DNA of 64,000 nucleotides from an uncultured Pseudomonadales bacterium. Its GTDB lineage: Bacteria; Pseudomonadota; Gammaproteobacteria; Pseudomonadales; Litorivicinaceae. Every line of letters begins with the position of its first letter. Within the stretch, counting starts at the first letter, position 1. Below the pieces are notes generated by a model, which was not told where the DNA came from, made no database searches, and saw only the letters and a program-made list of their open reading frames with translations. The translations under genes were made by a program, and so were the position numbers. This document shows, one piece after another, positions 38,393-50,041 of this stretch. Where the stretch lies: NCBI GenBank assembly GCA_964628665.1, contig CAZVNX010000007.1, positions 13,073 to 77,072 of the forward strand. Direction: 5' to 3'.

Positions 38393-38683
38393 TTACACGC
38401 CCTCAATAATGCGGAAATCACGATCCACGCCATCACCAAGCGCCACCAATGCTTCTTGATAGGCATCGGACGCATAGGCCGCCTGAGCCGCTTCAACGCT
38501 CGGCCACTCGACAATCACAGTGCGCTCTTTGAGACCCGAACCTGAGGCGTACACCGCCGCACTGCGGACCAAAAACTGACCGCCTTGCGACTCAATCGCA
38601 GGCTTCGCCAAGGCAGCATAGGCAGCCAACCGATCTGCATCGAAAATTTCCCGATAACAACTTACCCAGTAGCCTTTATGCAT
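38393..38683 (-). CDS. DUF1330-domain protein
   Basis: 96 aa, MHKGYWVSCYREI...VIVEWPSVEAAQAAYASDAYQEA, a typical DUF1330 pattern. Confidence 0.75.
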   Translation of the reverse strand: MHKGYWVSCYREIFDADRLAAYAALAKPAIESQGGQFLVRSAAVYASGSGLKERTVIVEWPSVEAAQAAYASDAYQEALVALGDGVDRDFRIIEGV

Positions 38684-38684
38684 C

Positions 38685-38945
38685 TTATTGTCCTGCCATG
38701 TCTCGTTTATCTAACCAATCACCAAATTGCATTCCACCCACGGTGCTGGACGCAATCACACCCAAAATAATCAATGTTTCTAACAGTTGCCCTGATCCCG
38801 GCGCAAGTAACCACACGATGGCGCTACTGACCACAAACGCAGTCGAACCAAAAATGACCTGCTTTTTCGCGTTCGATTCACTGACGACGGGAAGATCTTC
38901 GTCAATGATACCGCGCTTGGACTTTTTCTTACGACGCATCACCAT
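38685..38945 (-). CDS. Small two-TM membrane protein, unknown function
   Basis: MVMRRKKKSKRGII... followed by two hydrophobic helices. The ORF is open to 38990. Met at 38945 is preferred because it limits the overlap with pssA. Confidence 0.45.
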   Translation of the reverse strand: MVMRRKKKSKRGIIDEDLPVVSESNAKKQVIFGSTAFVVSSAIVWLLAPGSGQLLETLIILGVIASSTVGGMQFGDWLDKRDMAGQ

Positions 38946-39672
38946 GTGATCGCCCTCCCATCCATGCGCGAACCCAAAGGAATGGGCCACTCAAAACATA
39001 CAATGCGGTTAAGCCAAACAATACCCGCGGCGGATCTAATGAAATCAATGCAAAGACCAACGCCACACTCATAATGGCGAGTAGTGGGACGCGCGCCTTC
39101 AGATCGGAGTTTTTAAACGATGGATACGGAACAGAGGACACCATCAAGAGTCCACAGATCGCGGTAAGCACCACCATCGTCAATGCCACCGTCTCGCCTT
39201 GAATGCTTGAATCCACCAAGGTCCAAACGGCCGATGCGAGGAAATACGCTGCCGCAGGACACGCGAGACCGACAAAATAATTCGAGTCCACAACCTCGCG
39301 CTGGACATTAAACCGCGCCAGTCGAAGGGCTGTACCTGCGACGTAGATAAACGCTGCGACCCAGCCCAACTTACCAAGCGCAGACAACGACCAACTGAAG
39401 ACTAAGACAGCCGGTGCAACACCAAAGGCCACAACATCACTCAATGAATCATACTGAGCCCCAAACTCACTTTGTGTGTTCGTCAAACGTGCCACTCGAC
39501 CATCCAGACCATCAAAAAGCCCAGAGACTAAAATCGCGATCGCAGCTGTTTCAAACAGATCGACACCCTGATAGACCGCGCGTGTTGCTGTAATAATCGA
39601 GAAAAAACCCGCCAGCAGTGCCGCTGTGGTCAGAAGGTTGGGGAGCAGATAGATGCCTTTCGGTTGCGTCAT
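38929..39672 (-). CDS. pssA: CDP-diacylglycerol-serine O-phosphatidyltransferase (CDP-alcohol type)
   Basis: DGLDGRVARLTNTQSEFGAQYDSLSDVVAFGVAP motif. Start set at 39672 (MTQPKGIYLLPN) because the upstream Met at 39699 lies inside a stable hairpin. Confidence 0.88.
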   Translation of the reverse strand: MTQPKGIYLLPNLLTTAALLAGFFSIITATRAVYQGVDLFETAAIAILVSGLFDGLDGRVARLTNTQSEFGAQYDSLSDVVAFGVAPAVLVFSWSLSALGKLGWVAAFIYVAGTALRLARFNVQREVVDSNYFVGLACPAAAYFLASAVWTLVDSSIQGETVALTMVVLTAICGLLMVSSVPYPSFKNSDLKARVPLLAIMSVALVFALISLDPPRVLFGLTALYVLSGPFLWVRAWMGGRSHGDAS

Positions 39673-39679
39673 AGCGACA

Positions 39680-39697
39680 GCGGGCCCGAAGGCCCGC
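39680..39697 (-). other. UUCG-tetraloop hairpin between ilvC and pssA
   Basis: Minus strand reads GCGGGCC-UUCG-GGCCCGC, a perfect 7-bp GC stem with no U-run. Possible processing site, stabiliser or weak terminator. Confidence 0.5.
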
Positions 39698-39705
39698 ATC
39701 CAGCA

Positions 39706-41242
<1,537 letters not shown>

Positions 41243-41246
<4 letters not shown>

Positions 41247-42979
41247 TTGGTGCGCTCCGTCTTACTCAAGATCATGTCCTTCATCGAACCCGTGGCAATA
41301 TGCATGGGATACACGTGCTCTTCTGGATCCACATCGATGTCCATAAAGACCACGCGATCCTTCAGGGCAAAGCACTCTTCCATCTTCGCGCGTAACTCAG
41401 ATGGCTTTGTGACCTTCATCCCCACATGACCATAGGCCTCAGCCAGCTTGACGAAATCAGGTAACGAATCCTGATAGGTTGAGGCTGCATAGCGGCCACC
41501 GTATTGCATATCCTGCCACTGCTTCACCATCCCCAGTGCCGCGTTGTTCAGGTTAATGATCTTCACTGGCATGTTGTATTGCGTACAGGTCGACAACTCT
41601 TCGATACACATCTGAATCGAGCCTTCCCCAGTCACAACTGCAACCATGCTGTCAGGATGCGCCAACTGAACGCCCATGGCTGCCGGCAAACCAAAGCCCA
41701 TGGTGCCGAGACCACCTGAGTTGATCCAACGTCGTGGCAGATCGTACTTGTAGTATTGAGCGGCAAACATTTGATGCTGACCCACGTCCGAACAGACAAA
41801 GGCCTCGCCGTTGGTGACTTCGTAGAGGGTTTTGATGACGTCTTGCGGCATGATCTTCTCGCCGCGCACATACCGGTCACCGGTCCAGAGACCGTGCTGC
41901 TCACGCCAGCCTTTGATGGTTGTCCACCAGCTCGCAAGCGCCTCTTGATCGGGGGACTCATTAGACTGAGACAACATATCGCGCATGTCCGCGAGCACTG
42001 ATTTCACTGGCCCCACAAGTGGTACTTCGATATGACGAACTGTTTTTTGAATCGAAGCAGGATCGATGTCGATGTGAATAATCCGTGCGTTCGGACAAAA
42101 TTTCTTTGGGTTATTCGTGACGCGATCATCGAAGCGCGCACCGACAGCGAAGATGACATCGGCTTGATGCATCGCTTGGTTCGCTTCGTAAAAACCGTGC
42201 ATGCCGAGCATGCCAATAAACTGATCATCGGAACCCGGGTAGGCACCAAGCCCCATCAGGGTATTGGTCACTGGGTATCCGAGCTGTTTTGCGATCGCAG
42301 TCAATTCGTCAGATGCATTACCGAGAACCACACCACCACCGGCGTAGATCACCGGACGTTTTGCCTCGAGCAGTAAATCCAAGGCTTTGCGGATCTGTCC
42401 TGCGTGGCCTTTCTGCGCGGGCGCGTATGAGCGGAGCTTGACAGTTTCCGGATACACAAAAGGACGCTTCTCGGCTGGAGCGGTCATGTCCTTCGGCACA
42501 TCCACAACCACAGGGCCCGGACGACCGGTCTTGGCAATGTGGAAGGCTTTTTTCATCACCTCAGGAATTTCTTCAATCGAGCGGATCAAAAACGAATGCT
42601 TCACGATTGGTCGGGAGCATCCAATCATGTCGGTCTCTTGGAATGCGTCGGACCCAATTAAATGACTTGGAACGTTACCGGAGATGATCACGAGCGGAAT
42701 CGAATCCATGTACGCTGTCGCAATCCCAGTGATCGCGTTGGTCGCACCAGGACCTGAGGTTACGAGTGCAACACCCACCTCACCTGTGGACCGCGCAAAG
42801 CCATCTGCAGCGTGCACGCCTGCCTGCTCGTGACGCACGAGGATGTGCTCAACAGCATCTTGCCGATACAGGGCATCATAAATGTGAAGGACCGCACCCC
42901 CAGGATAGCCAAAAATCATTTTGACTCCCTCTTCCTTCAGGGCACGCATAATCATCTCGCCGCCAGAAAGCAATTCCAC
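41243..42979 (-). CDS. ilvI: Acetolactate synthase large subunit
   Basis: (V)[36 protein letters not shown], with the ThDP motif [18 protein letters not shown] at 42979 chosen by N-terminal homology. The in-frame ATG at 43057 would add 26 atypical residues. Confidence 0.92.
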
Positions 42980-43031
42980 TTCCGACCCTCTTTCATGTCT
43001 AGGTAAACGCGGAATTGTGACAGCCCCTGAC

Positions 43032-43051
43032 GGCCTGTCAACTGACAGGCC
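43032..43051 (-). terminator. Hairpin just after the clpB stop (weak terminator or attenuator-like element)
   Basis: Minus strand reads GGCCUGUCA-GU-UGACAGGCC, beginning 8 nt after the clpB TAA. No U-run follows. Confidence 0.3.
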
Positions 43052-43059
43052 GCACATCT

Positions 43060-45633
43060 TTAGTGGCTGAACCGCATCTGGTCGTTTGCATCAAGCTCCA
43101 CTTTAATCTCCACCCCAGGTGGGAAACGACCTTCAAGCAACCTTTCTGCAAGCGGATTTTCTAGCAACTGCTGGATCGCTCGCTTCAGCGGTCTGGCGCC
43201 ATACACGGGATCAAAACCGGCATCACAGAGACGATCTGCGGCCGCATCAGAGAGTACAAAGCCGTAGTCCAGATCTGCCAACCGCCCACGGAGCCTCGCT
43301 AACTGCACATCCAAAATACCGCGAATGTGCTCCCGACCAAGGGCATGGAAGACCACTGTGTCGTCGATTCGATTAATAAATTCAGGTCGGAAATGTGTCC
43401 CCACAACACCCATCACCGCATCACGAATCTGATCCTGTGGTTGTCCAACCATCGCCTGGATCAGGTCTGAGCCGAGGTTTGAAGTCATGACGATTACGGT
43501 ATTAGAAAAATCAACCGTGCGTCCCTGTCCATCGGTCAACCGTCCGTCATCCAGCACCTGCAGTAGGATGTTGAAAACATCAGGGTGTGCCTTTTCGACC
43601 TCATCGAGCAAAATCACCGCATAGGGACGACGACGTACGGCCTCCGTCAAATATCCGCCCTGCTCGTAGCCAACATAGCCAGGAGGCGCACCGACCAATC
43701 GCGCGACAGAATGCTTCTCCATGAACTCCGACATGTCGATCCGCACCATGGCGTCTTCGGAATCAAACAGAAACTCTGCCAAGGCTTTACACAACTCGGT
43801 TTTCCCGACCCCAGTCGGCCCAAGAAACAAAAATGAACCATTGGGACGATGGGCCTCAGCAAGACCTGAGCGTGCTCGGCGTACGGCATTGGCGACGGCA
43901 CCAATTGCGGCATCTTGACCGACGACGCGTGCATGCAGCGTGGACTCCATCTGCAGCAATTTTTCCTTTTCGCCCTCAAGCATTTTGGATACCGGAATCC
44001 CGGTCCAACGACTGATGACTTCGGCAATTTCCTCTTCAGTCACGCGCGAACGGACCAGTTTCCCATCATCGGACTGGCTGGCTTCGCTGGCCTCTTGCAT
44101 GCGTTTTTGCAAGGCTGGAATGAGGCCATACTGGATCTCACTCATCCGCCCAAGATCCCCGGCACGCCGAGCTTGCTCAAGATCAATTTCAGCGCGATCC
44201 AGCTCTTCCTTGATCGTCTGAACACCCTGACTTTGTGCCTTTTCTGCAGTCCAGATCTCTTCCAGTGCACCGGCCTCATCGGCTACCTCAGCAATGGTGC
44301 TTTCGAGCTCTTTTAAGCGCGCCTTACTGGCCTCGTCCTTCTCTTTCTTCAACGCCTCACGCTCAATTTTTAACTGAATCAAGCGGCGATCCAGACGATC
44401 GAGTTCTTCAGGTTTTGAATCCATTTCCAACCGAATACGACTGGCCGCCTCGTCCATGAGGTCGATCGCCTTATCAGGCAACTGCCGATCTGTGATGTAA
44501 CGCGCTGATAACTTCGCTGCCGCGATGAGCGCCGAATCGGAGATCTCGACCCCGTGATGCACCTCATACTTCGGCTTCAAACCGCGCAAGATTGCAATCG
44601 TATCGGTCTCCGAGGGCTCACCGACAAAGACTTTCTGAAAGCGGCGCTCGAGGGCTGCATCCTTTTCCAAATACTGACGATACTCATCCAAGGTGGTTGC
44701 GCCGACACAATGCAACTCACCGCGCGCAAGCGCTGGCTTTAGCATGTTGCCCGCATCCATCGCGCCTTCAGACTTGCCTGCGCCGACCATGGTGTGGATT
44801 TCATCAATAAACAGAATGATCTGGCCTTCTTGCTGCGACAGCTCTTTCAAGACCGCTTTGAGACGCTCTTCAAACTCACCACGGAACTTCGCTCCAGCGA
44901 TCAAAGACCCCATGTCGAGTGACAAGACGCGCTTCCCCTTCAGACCTTCGGGGACTTCTCCATTGACGATACGAAGCGCAAGTCCCTCAACAATGGCAGT
45001 CTTACCGACACCAGGCTCACCGATCAAAACGGGATTGTTCTTCGTCCGACGTTGTAGCACTTGGATGGCACGGCGAATCTCCTCGTCGCGACCAATCACC
45101 GGGTCGAGTTTGCCATCGGCCGCCCGCGCGGTCAGATCGAGACAATAGGTGTCCAATGCACCTCGGGTATCCTCTGCATTCTCGCCCTGCACGGACGCAC
45201 CTCCTCGTAATTGAGCCACCGCCTCCATCAAGCGATCTTCATTCACCCCAGCCTTCTGGAAGGCTTCGCGGGTGACCTTGTCTTTGCACATCACCGTCAA
45301 CAGCGTTTCTGTCGACAAGTGCGTATCCTTTTGTGCCATCGACTGCTTTTCAGCCAGATTCATCTGCCGGCCGAGATCCGCACTGAGGCGCACTTCGCCA
45401 TCATGTTGGGTGACGCGTGCCAAACCCTCGAGTGCTCGGTCGACTTCTTGGCGCAAACGCTCGACCTGCCCGCCGGACTGCAACACCAATGATGCTGCGG
45501 TTCCTTTGCTTTGTGAGAGCATGGCTTTCAGTACATGCCATGGTGACATTTCGTTGTGATCGAGCGAGAGCGCAATGCTCTGCGCATCCTGCAGGGCGTC
45601 CATCAGACGGTTGGTTAAGCGATCCATTCTCAT
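43060..45633 (-). CDS. clpB: Disaggregase chaperone ClpB
   Basis: 857 aa. Two AAA+ modules (GEPGVGKT and GPTGVGKT) and the M-domain coiled coil. Confidence 0.97.
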   Translation of the reverse strand: MRMDRLTNRLMDALQDAQSIALSLDHNEMSPWHVLKAMLSQSKGTAASLVLQSGGQVERLRQEVDRALEGLARVTQHDGEVRLSADLGRQMNLAEKQSMAQKDTHLSTETLLTVMCKDKVTREAFQKAGVNEDRLMEAVAQLRGGASVQGENAEDTRGALDTYCLDLTARAADGKLDPVIGRDEEIRRAIQVLQRRTKNNPVLIGEPGVGKTAIVEGLALRIVNGEVPEGLKGKRVLSLDMGSLIAGAKFRGEFEERLKAVLKELSQQEGQIILFIDEIHTMVGAGKSEGAMDAGNMLKPALARGELHCVGATTLDEYRQYLEKDAALERRFQKVFVGEPSETDTIAILRGLKPKYEVHHGVEISDSALIAAAKLSARYITDRQLPDKAIDLMDEAASRIRLEMDSKPEELDRLDRRLIQLKIEREALKKEKDEASKARLKELESTIAEVADEAGALEEIWTAEKAQSQGVQTIKEELDRAEIDLEQARRAGDLGRMSEIQYGLIPALQKRMQEASEASQSDDGKLVRSRVTEEEIAEVISRWTGIPVSKMLEGEKEKLLQMESTLHARVVGQDAAIGAVANAVRRARSGLAEAHRPNGSFLFLGPTGVGKTELCKALAEFLFDSEDAMVRIDMSEFMEKHSVARLVGAPPGYVGYEQGGYLTEAVRRRPYAVILLDEVEKAHPDVFNILLQVLDDGRLTDGQGRTVDFSNTVIVMTSNLGSDLIQAMVGQPQDQIRDAVMGVVGTHFRPEFINRIDDTVVFHALGREHIRGILDVQLARLRGRLADLDYGFVLSDAAADRLCDAGFDPVYGARPLKRAIQQLLENPLAERLLEGRFPPGVEIKVELDANDQMRFSH

Positions 45634-45666
45634 CGGTCTATCCTTAAACTGATCTTCATGTCACCA

Positions 45667-45694
45667 AAGTGGGGGCGGGCAACAAAAAATCAAG
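45667..45694 (-). promoter_or_regulatory. Putative sigma32 promoter of clpB
   Basis: Minus strand reads CTTGAT (45694-45689), 14 nt, CCCCACTT (45674-45667). It lies in the 72-nt gap upstream of clpB. Confidence 0.45.
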
Positions 45695-45705
45695 TTATCC
45701 ACAGG

Positions 45706-46425
45706 TTATCCAGTGAGCATCAAGGCGCTCGCCATGCGCCCAGTGACACCGTCTCGGCGGAAGGAATACCAGCGTTCTGGGTCTTCATAAGTACAGTCAC
45801 AAGACGAGGTCACCGCCTGAATCCCGTGCTGCGTAAGCACGATTGTGGCAATCTGGCGGAGATCGGCATAGGCATGCTCAGGTCGTTCTGAGGGCGCAAA
45901 GCAGGCGTGCACTTCAGGCCACTTACCCACAAAGGCCGCGACAACCTCCGGACCAACCTCAAACGCCTCGTGACCAATACAGGGACCAAGCCACACTCGC
46001 GCAGATGAGACATCCCCAAGCGCGGTCACAACCGACTCTAAAACACCACCGACGAGCCCTCGCCAACCCGCATGCGCGACGGCAATGGCATGCTCTGTAC
46101 GAAACAGGACCGGTAAGCAATCCGCGGTCAACATTCCAATCGCCACACCCGGCACGCGGGTCAACAAGGCATCGGCATCACCGGGCGATTGACCCGCCGC
46201 GCTGACCTCGGCCAGATGGATCCCATGCACCTGATTCGCAAAAATCGGTTCGACACCGAAAAACTCGGACAAGCGCGCGCGATTGGCCGTCACGCGTGAC
46301 ACCTCATCGCCAACATGCAAACCCAGATTGAAGCCGCCATAGGGCAACGGACCCGGTGCACGTTCAGTCTGCAACGCGCGCACACCAGGACCCATGTCGA
46401 TCGATTGCCAAGGATCAGACATCAT
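45706..46425 (-). CDS. pgeF: Peptidoglycan editing factor PgeF (YfiH/DUF152 family)
   Basis: 239 aa. ANQVHG...DADALLT...LTADCLPVLF...AHAGWRG motifs. Confidence 0.85.
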   Translation of the reverse strand: MMSDPWQSIDMGPGVRALQTERAPGPLPYGGFNLGLHVGDEVSRVTANRARLSEFFGVEPIFANQVHGIHLAEVSAAGQSPGDADALLTRVPGVAIGMLTADCLPVLFRTEHAIAVAHAGWRGLVGGVLESVVTALGDVSSARVWLGPCIGHEAFEVGPEVVAAFVGKWPEVHACFAPSERPEHAYADLRQIATIVLTQHGIQAVTSSCDCTYEDPERWYSFRRDGVTGRMASALMLTG

Positions 46426-47383
46426 GGCTTGCCAATGCCACCTGTAAAGCGGTCAAGTCTTCAGGCCAGGGGGCCTGAAATGACATCGGTTGATCGGTGC
46501 TCGGATGCAGTAAGCCAAGCGCTTCCGCATGCAATGCCTGGCGTGGAAAGGTTGTGATCACCTCCACCGCCTCTGGCGTCGCCCGACCCAGACCAGAACG
46601 ACCCTGACGATAGACTGGATCACCCAACAACGGATGACCAATGTGCGTCATGTGCACACGGATTTGATGTGTCCGACCGGACTCAAGCTTGACCGACAGC
46701 CAACTGATGTGTGCCGTCCGCTCCAAGACTCGATAGTGTGTGACCGCGGGCTTCCCACCGCTCACCACTGCCATTTTCGTCCGCTGCGTTCGGTGCCGAT
46801 CCATCGGTGCATCAACGGTTCCGACTGCATTGGGGTGACCATACACCGCAGCAATGTATTGCCGGCTCATGGTGCGGTCTTTCAATTGCGCCGTGAGACT
46901 TCCGTGCGCGCGAGAGCTCCGTGCGACGGCGAGCACGCCGCTAGTTTCTTTATCCAATCGATGCACGATACCGGCTCTCGGCAGTTGTTCGAGCTCGGGA
47001 TATGCCGCCAGCAGCGCGTTAACTAGGGTTCCTGACGGATTCCCGTGGCCTGGATGCACCACCCAACCTGCCGGCTTATTGAGAATGATGAGGTCATCAT
47101 CGGCAAACAATACATCGAGATCGCGCGCCTCCGGCGACCAGTCAACTTGCGGCTCCAGGGTCGCATCGACCGCAATGGCCTCTCCACCCAACACGCGGTG
47201 TTTTGGCTTACAGACAGCGCCATCTAACAAGATATTGCCGGTTGTCAGCCACTGGGAAAGGCGCGCGCGCGAGTAGTCTGGCAACAGTCGCGCCAGAACT
47301 TGATCAATCCGCGCACCAGATTCCTCCAAAGGAACCACAAACTGTGCTTGAATATGGGTCTTAGTGTAATGCCGATCGGTCAT
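46415..47383 (-). CDS. rluD: 23S rRNA pseudouridine synthase RluD
   Basis: S4 domain (RIDQVLARLLPDYSRARL) and catalytic HRLDKETSGVLAVA. Start set at Met 47383. The ORF is open to 47494, which would overlap bamD. Confidence 0.9.
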   Translation of the reverse strand: MTDRHYTKTHIQAQFVVPLEESGARIDQVLARLLPDYSRARLSQWLTTGNILLDGAVCKPKHRVLGGEAIAVDATLEPQVDWSPEARDLDVLFADDDLIILNKPAGWVVHPGHGNPSGTLVNALLAAYPELEQLPRAGIVHRLDKETSGVLAVARSSRAHGSLTAQLKDRTMSRQYIAAVYGHPNAVGTVDAPMDRHRTQRTKMAVVSGGKPAVTHYRVLERTAHISWLSVKLESGRTHQIRVHMTHIGHPLLGDPVYRQGRSGLGRATPEAVEVITTFPRQALHAEALGLLHPSTDQPMSFQAPWPEDLTALQVALASHDV

Positions 47384-47411
47384 GCGTCGGTCCATCGAGA
47401 CAAGGAACCTC

Positions 47412-48383
47412 ATGATAACCCGTACCTTCAGTTTTCTGCTCATTGCGACGTTATTAACTGCCTGCACCCTGTTTGATCCTGAGGCGAACCTCAAGAGCGA
47501 ACGTCAGTTGTGGGAAGAGGCTCAGGGACACATGGACGGCGGGCGCTACCTTGAAGCGATTACAGGCCTTGAAGAACTCGATCGACGCTTTCCATTTGGC
47601 CAATATGCAGATGGCACCCAATTGGATTTGGTCTATGCCTACTTCAAGTCCTCCAAACACGACATGGCACGCTTAACCGCCGATCGGTTTATCCGTTTGA
47701 ATCCAGAACATCCAGAAGCGGACTATGCGCAGTATATGAAGGGGCTCTCGAGCTACGCATCAAACAATTCAATGGTCGCGCGTTACCTGCCTGGCGATGA
47801 AACCGGACGTGATATCGGTGGTGCCCGTGATGCGATTGCCGATTTCACCACCCTACTTGAACGCTATCCCAACAGTGAGTTTGCTGAGGACGCCACCCTT
47901 CGATTGATTTATGTCCGCAACCAGCTCGCGGAGTACGAGGTCAATGTGTCACGGTATTACATCCGCCGCGGTGCCTATCTGGCCGCTGCAAATCGCGCGC
48001 GCCAGGTGGTTGAGGGCTACCCATCCACCCCTGCGGTGATTGATGCCTTGATTGTGATGCACCTGTCCTACGAAGCCCTTGGGCTCCCACAGGAGTCGCA
48101 AGATGCACTATTTGTACTGTCCGAAAACTACCCCGAGTACGTAGCCGGCGAACGGGGCAATCAACGGCTCGCTCCGGGCGTTTTGTACCAAGCAGGCGAA
48201 ACGCTCACCAGCATCCTCACACTCGGCTTTTTAGGTAGTGCAGGGGATCTGGCAGATCGCTTAGCAGCCTTCAGCGAGAGCCGGCGTTTGGATACCAGCC
48301 GCCGACCACAGGCGACATTGCGTCCTGCAGAAGATGCGCCATCCATCGACGCGCCACGGGTGGTCGACGAGGTGTTCTTCTAA
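47412..48383 (+). CDS. bamD: Outer membrane protein assembly factor BamD (ComL/YfiO)
   Basis: Lipoprotein signal MITRTFSFLLIATLLTAC (lipobox LLTAC), TPR-like repeats, and AAGGAA upstream of ATG 47412. Confidence 0.9.
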   Translation: MITRTFSFLLIATLLTACTLFDPEANLKSERQLWEEAQGHMDGGRYLEAITGLEELDRRFPFGQYADGTQLDLVYAYFKSSKHDMARLTADRFIRLNPEHPEADYAQYMKGLSSYASNNSMVARYLPGDETGRDIGGARDAIADFTTLLERYPNSEFAEDATLRLIYVRNQLAEYEVNVSRYYIRRGAYLAAANRARQVVEGYPSTPAVIDALIVMHLSYEALGLPQESQDALFVLSENYPEYVAGERGNQRLAPGVLYQAGETLTSILTLGFLGSAGDLADRLAAFSESRRLDTSRRPQATLRPAEDAPSIDAPRVVDEVFF

Positions 48384-50041
48384 AACCGGAAACGGTTCGC
48401 GATCGGATACCGCCGGTCGCGACCGAAACCACGCACCGTTACCCGGGTACCAATCGCTGATTGGCGCCGCTTATATTCGCTGATATCCACCAGCCGACAC
48501 ATCCGCTTGACATCGTCCGCAGCGAAACCCGCAGCAACGATCTCTTCAGGTGAGCGATCTTCCTCGATATACAAGGCGAGCATCGCATCCAACTGGTCGT
48601 AAGGCGGCAAACTGTCTGCATCTTCCTGACCGGGAGCCAATTCAGCAGATGGTGGCCGTGTGATGACGCGATCCGGGATGATTTCTTGCTCACGGTTCAC
48701 ATATCGAGCCAACTCATAGACTCGGGTCTTCCAGACGTCTTTCAAGACTGCAAAACCACCGGCCATGTCACCGTACAGGGTGGCATAGCCAACCGCCATT
48801 TCGCTTTTATTGCCAGTGGTCAAAACCAGTGCGCCTGTTTTATTCGATAAAGCCATCAACAAAACACCGCGGCAGCGGCTCTGTAGGTTCTCTTCGGTGG
48901 TATCCACCGGGTGACCTGCAAAAAACGGCTGCAACGTACCGAGGAAGGTATCCACCATCGGCTCAATTGGCACCACTGAAAACTCACAGCCCAGAGTCGC
49001 GGCCTGCGCTTTGGCATCCGCCTGACTGATATCCGCGGTATACCGGTATGGCATCATCACCGCATGCACCCGATCAGCTCCCAGCGCATCGACTGCGATT
49101 GCTAGTGTCAGCGCGGAATCAATCCCACCAGACAGGCCAAGGACCGCTCGACTGAAACCTGTTTTCGCAAAATAGTCACGCACACCCATCACAAGCGCGG
49201 CATAAAGTGCTGCATCTGCGGACGGCAATGGCATCTGCTGCCCCGGCTGAAAGCACCCATCGGCCCAAAGCACATCAAGATGGCCTGGCTCGAAACAAGC
49301 CGCCTGTGCGGCACAGCGTCCATCTGGATTGATGGCAAAGGAGCCGCCATCGAAAATCAACTCATCCTGGCCGCCAAGAAGGTTCACATAGGCAATCGCG
49401 CATCCGTTGGCTTCGGCGCGATGTGCCACATGGGCGAGGCGTTCGGTGATCTTCTGCTCAGCAAAGGGTGACGCATTCAGGACCACGATGACATCAGCAC
49501 CTGCCGCACGCGTGGCTGCGACAATTTCAGGCACCCAGACATCTTCACACACGAGGATCCCGACCCGCACACCCGCAATCGTTTCGACGCATGGGCCAGA
49601 TCCCGGCTCAAAATAGCGACGCTCATCGAATACTTGATAGTTGGGCAATGCTTGCTTTTGGTAGGTCGTTTTCACAACACCGTCTTGGAATATCCATGCA
49701 CTGTTAAACAACACAGGCGGCCCCGAGGTCGCCGAACCGAGGCGCCATGGAGATCGCTCGGCACACACGCCAAGTGGCTCTGGGCCACCCGCAATCAACG
49801 TGATGCCCTGTGCGGCGATGGCGAGACGACTCACCGCATGATCCAGTTGCTTAAGCAGTGCAGGTCGCAACAATAGATCTTCCGGTGGATATCCAGTGAT
49901 CGCCAATTCCGGAGCCACCAAGAGTTGAATCCCGTCGGATTTTGCCTGCTCCACAGCCGCAATGATTTGATCGACATTGCCCGCCAGATCACCCACGCGG
50001 GCATTCATTTGTAGCAGTCGCATCGAGAGGCCGTGTGTCAT
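48380..50041 (-). CDS. nadE: Glutamine-dependent NAD+ synthetase
   Basis: N-terminal CN-hydrolase domain (catalytic VCED region) plus a C-terminal NAD synthetase domain with SGGIDS. ATGA overlap with the upstream oxidase stop. Confidence 0.9.
   Translation of the reverse strand: MTHGLSMRLLQMNARVGDLAGNVDQIIAAVEQAKSDGIQLLVAPELAITGYPPEDLLLRPALLKQLDHAVSRLAIAAQGITLIAGGPEPLGVCAERSPWRLGSATSGPPVLFNSAWIFQDGVVKTTYQKQALPNYQVFDERRYFEPGSGPCVETIAGVRVGILVCEDVWVPEIVAATRAAGADVIVVLNASPFAEQKITERLAHVAHRAEANGCAIAYVNLLGGQDELIFDGGSFAINPDGRCAAQAACFEPGHLDVLWADGCFQPGQQMPLPSADAALYAALVMGVRDYFAKTGFSRAVLGLSGGIDSALTLAIAVDALGADRVHAVMMPYRYTADISQADAKAQAATLGCEFSVVPIEPMVDTFLGTLQPFFAGHPVDTTEENLQSRCRGVLLMALSNKTGALVLTTGNKSEMAVGYATLYGDMAGGFAVLKDVWKTRVYELARYVNREQEIIPDRVITRPPSAELAPGQEDADSLPPYDQLDAMLALYIEEDRSPEEIVAAGFAADDVKRMCRLVDISEYKRRQSAIGTRVTVRGFGRDRRYPIANRFRF

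Noticed and set aside
42980-43057. In-frame ATG at 43057 that would add 26 residues ([26 protein letters not shown]) to IlvI.
   Set aside because: The extension starts 3 nt from the clpB stop, runs through a strong hairpin and has no counterpart in acetolactate synthases. GTG at 42979 gives the canonical [10 protein letters not shown]-terminus.
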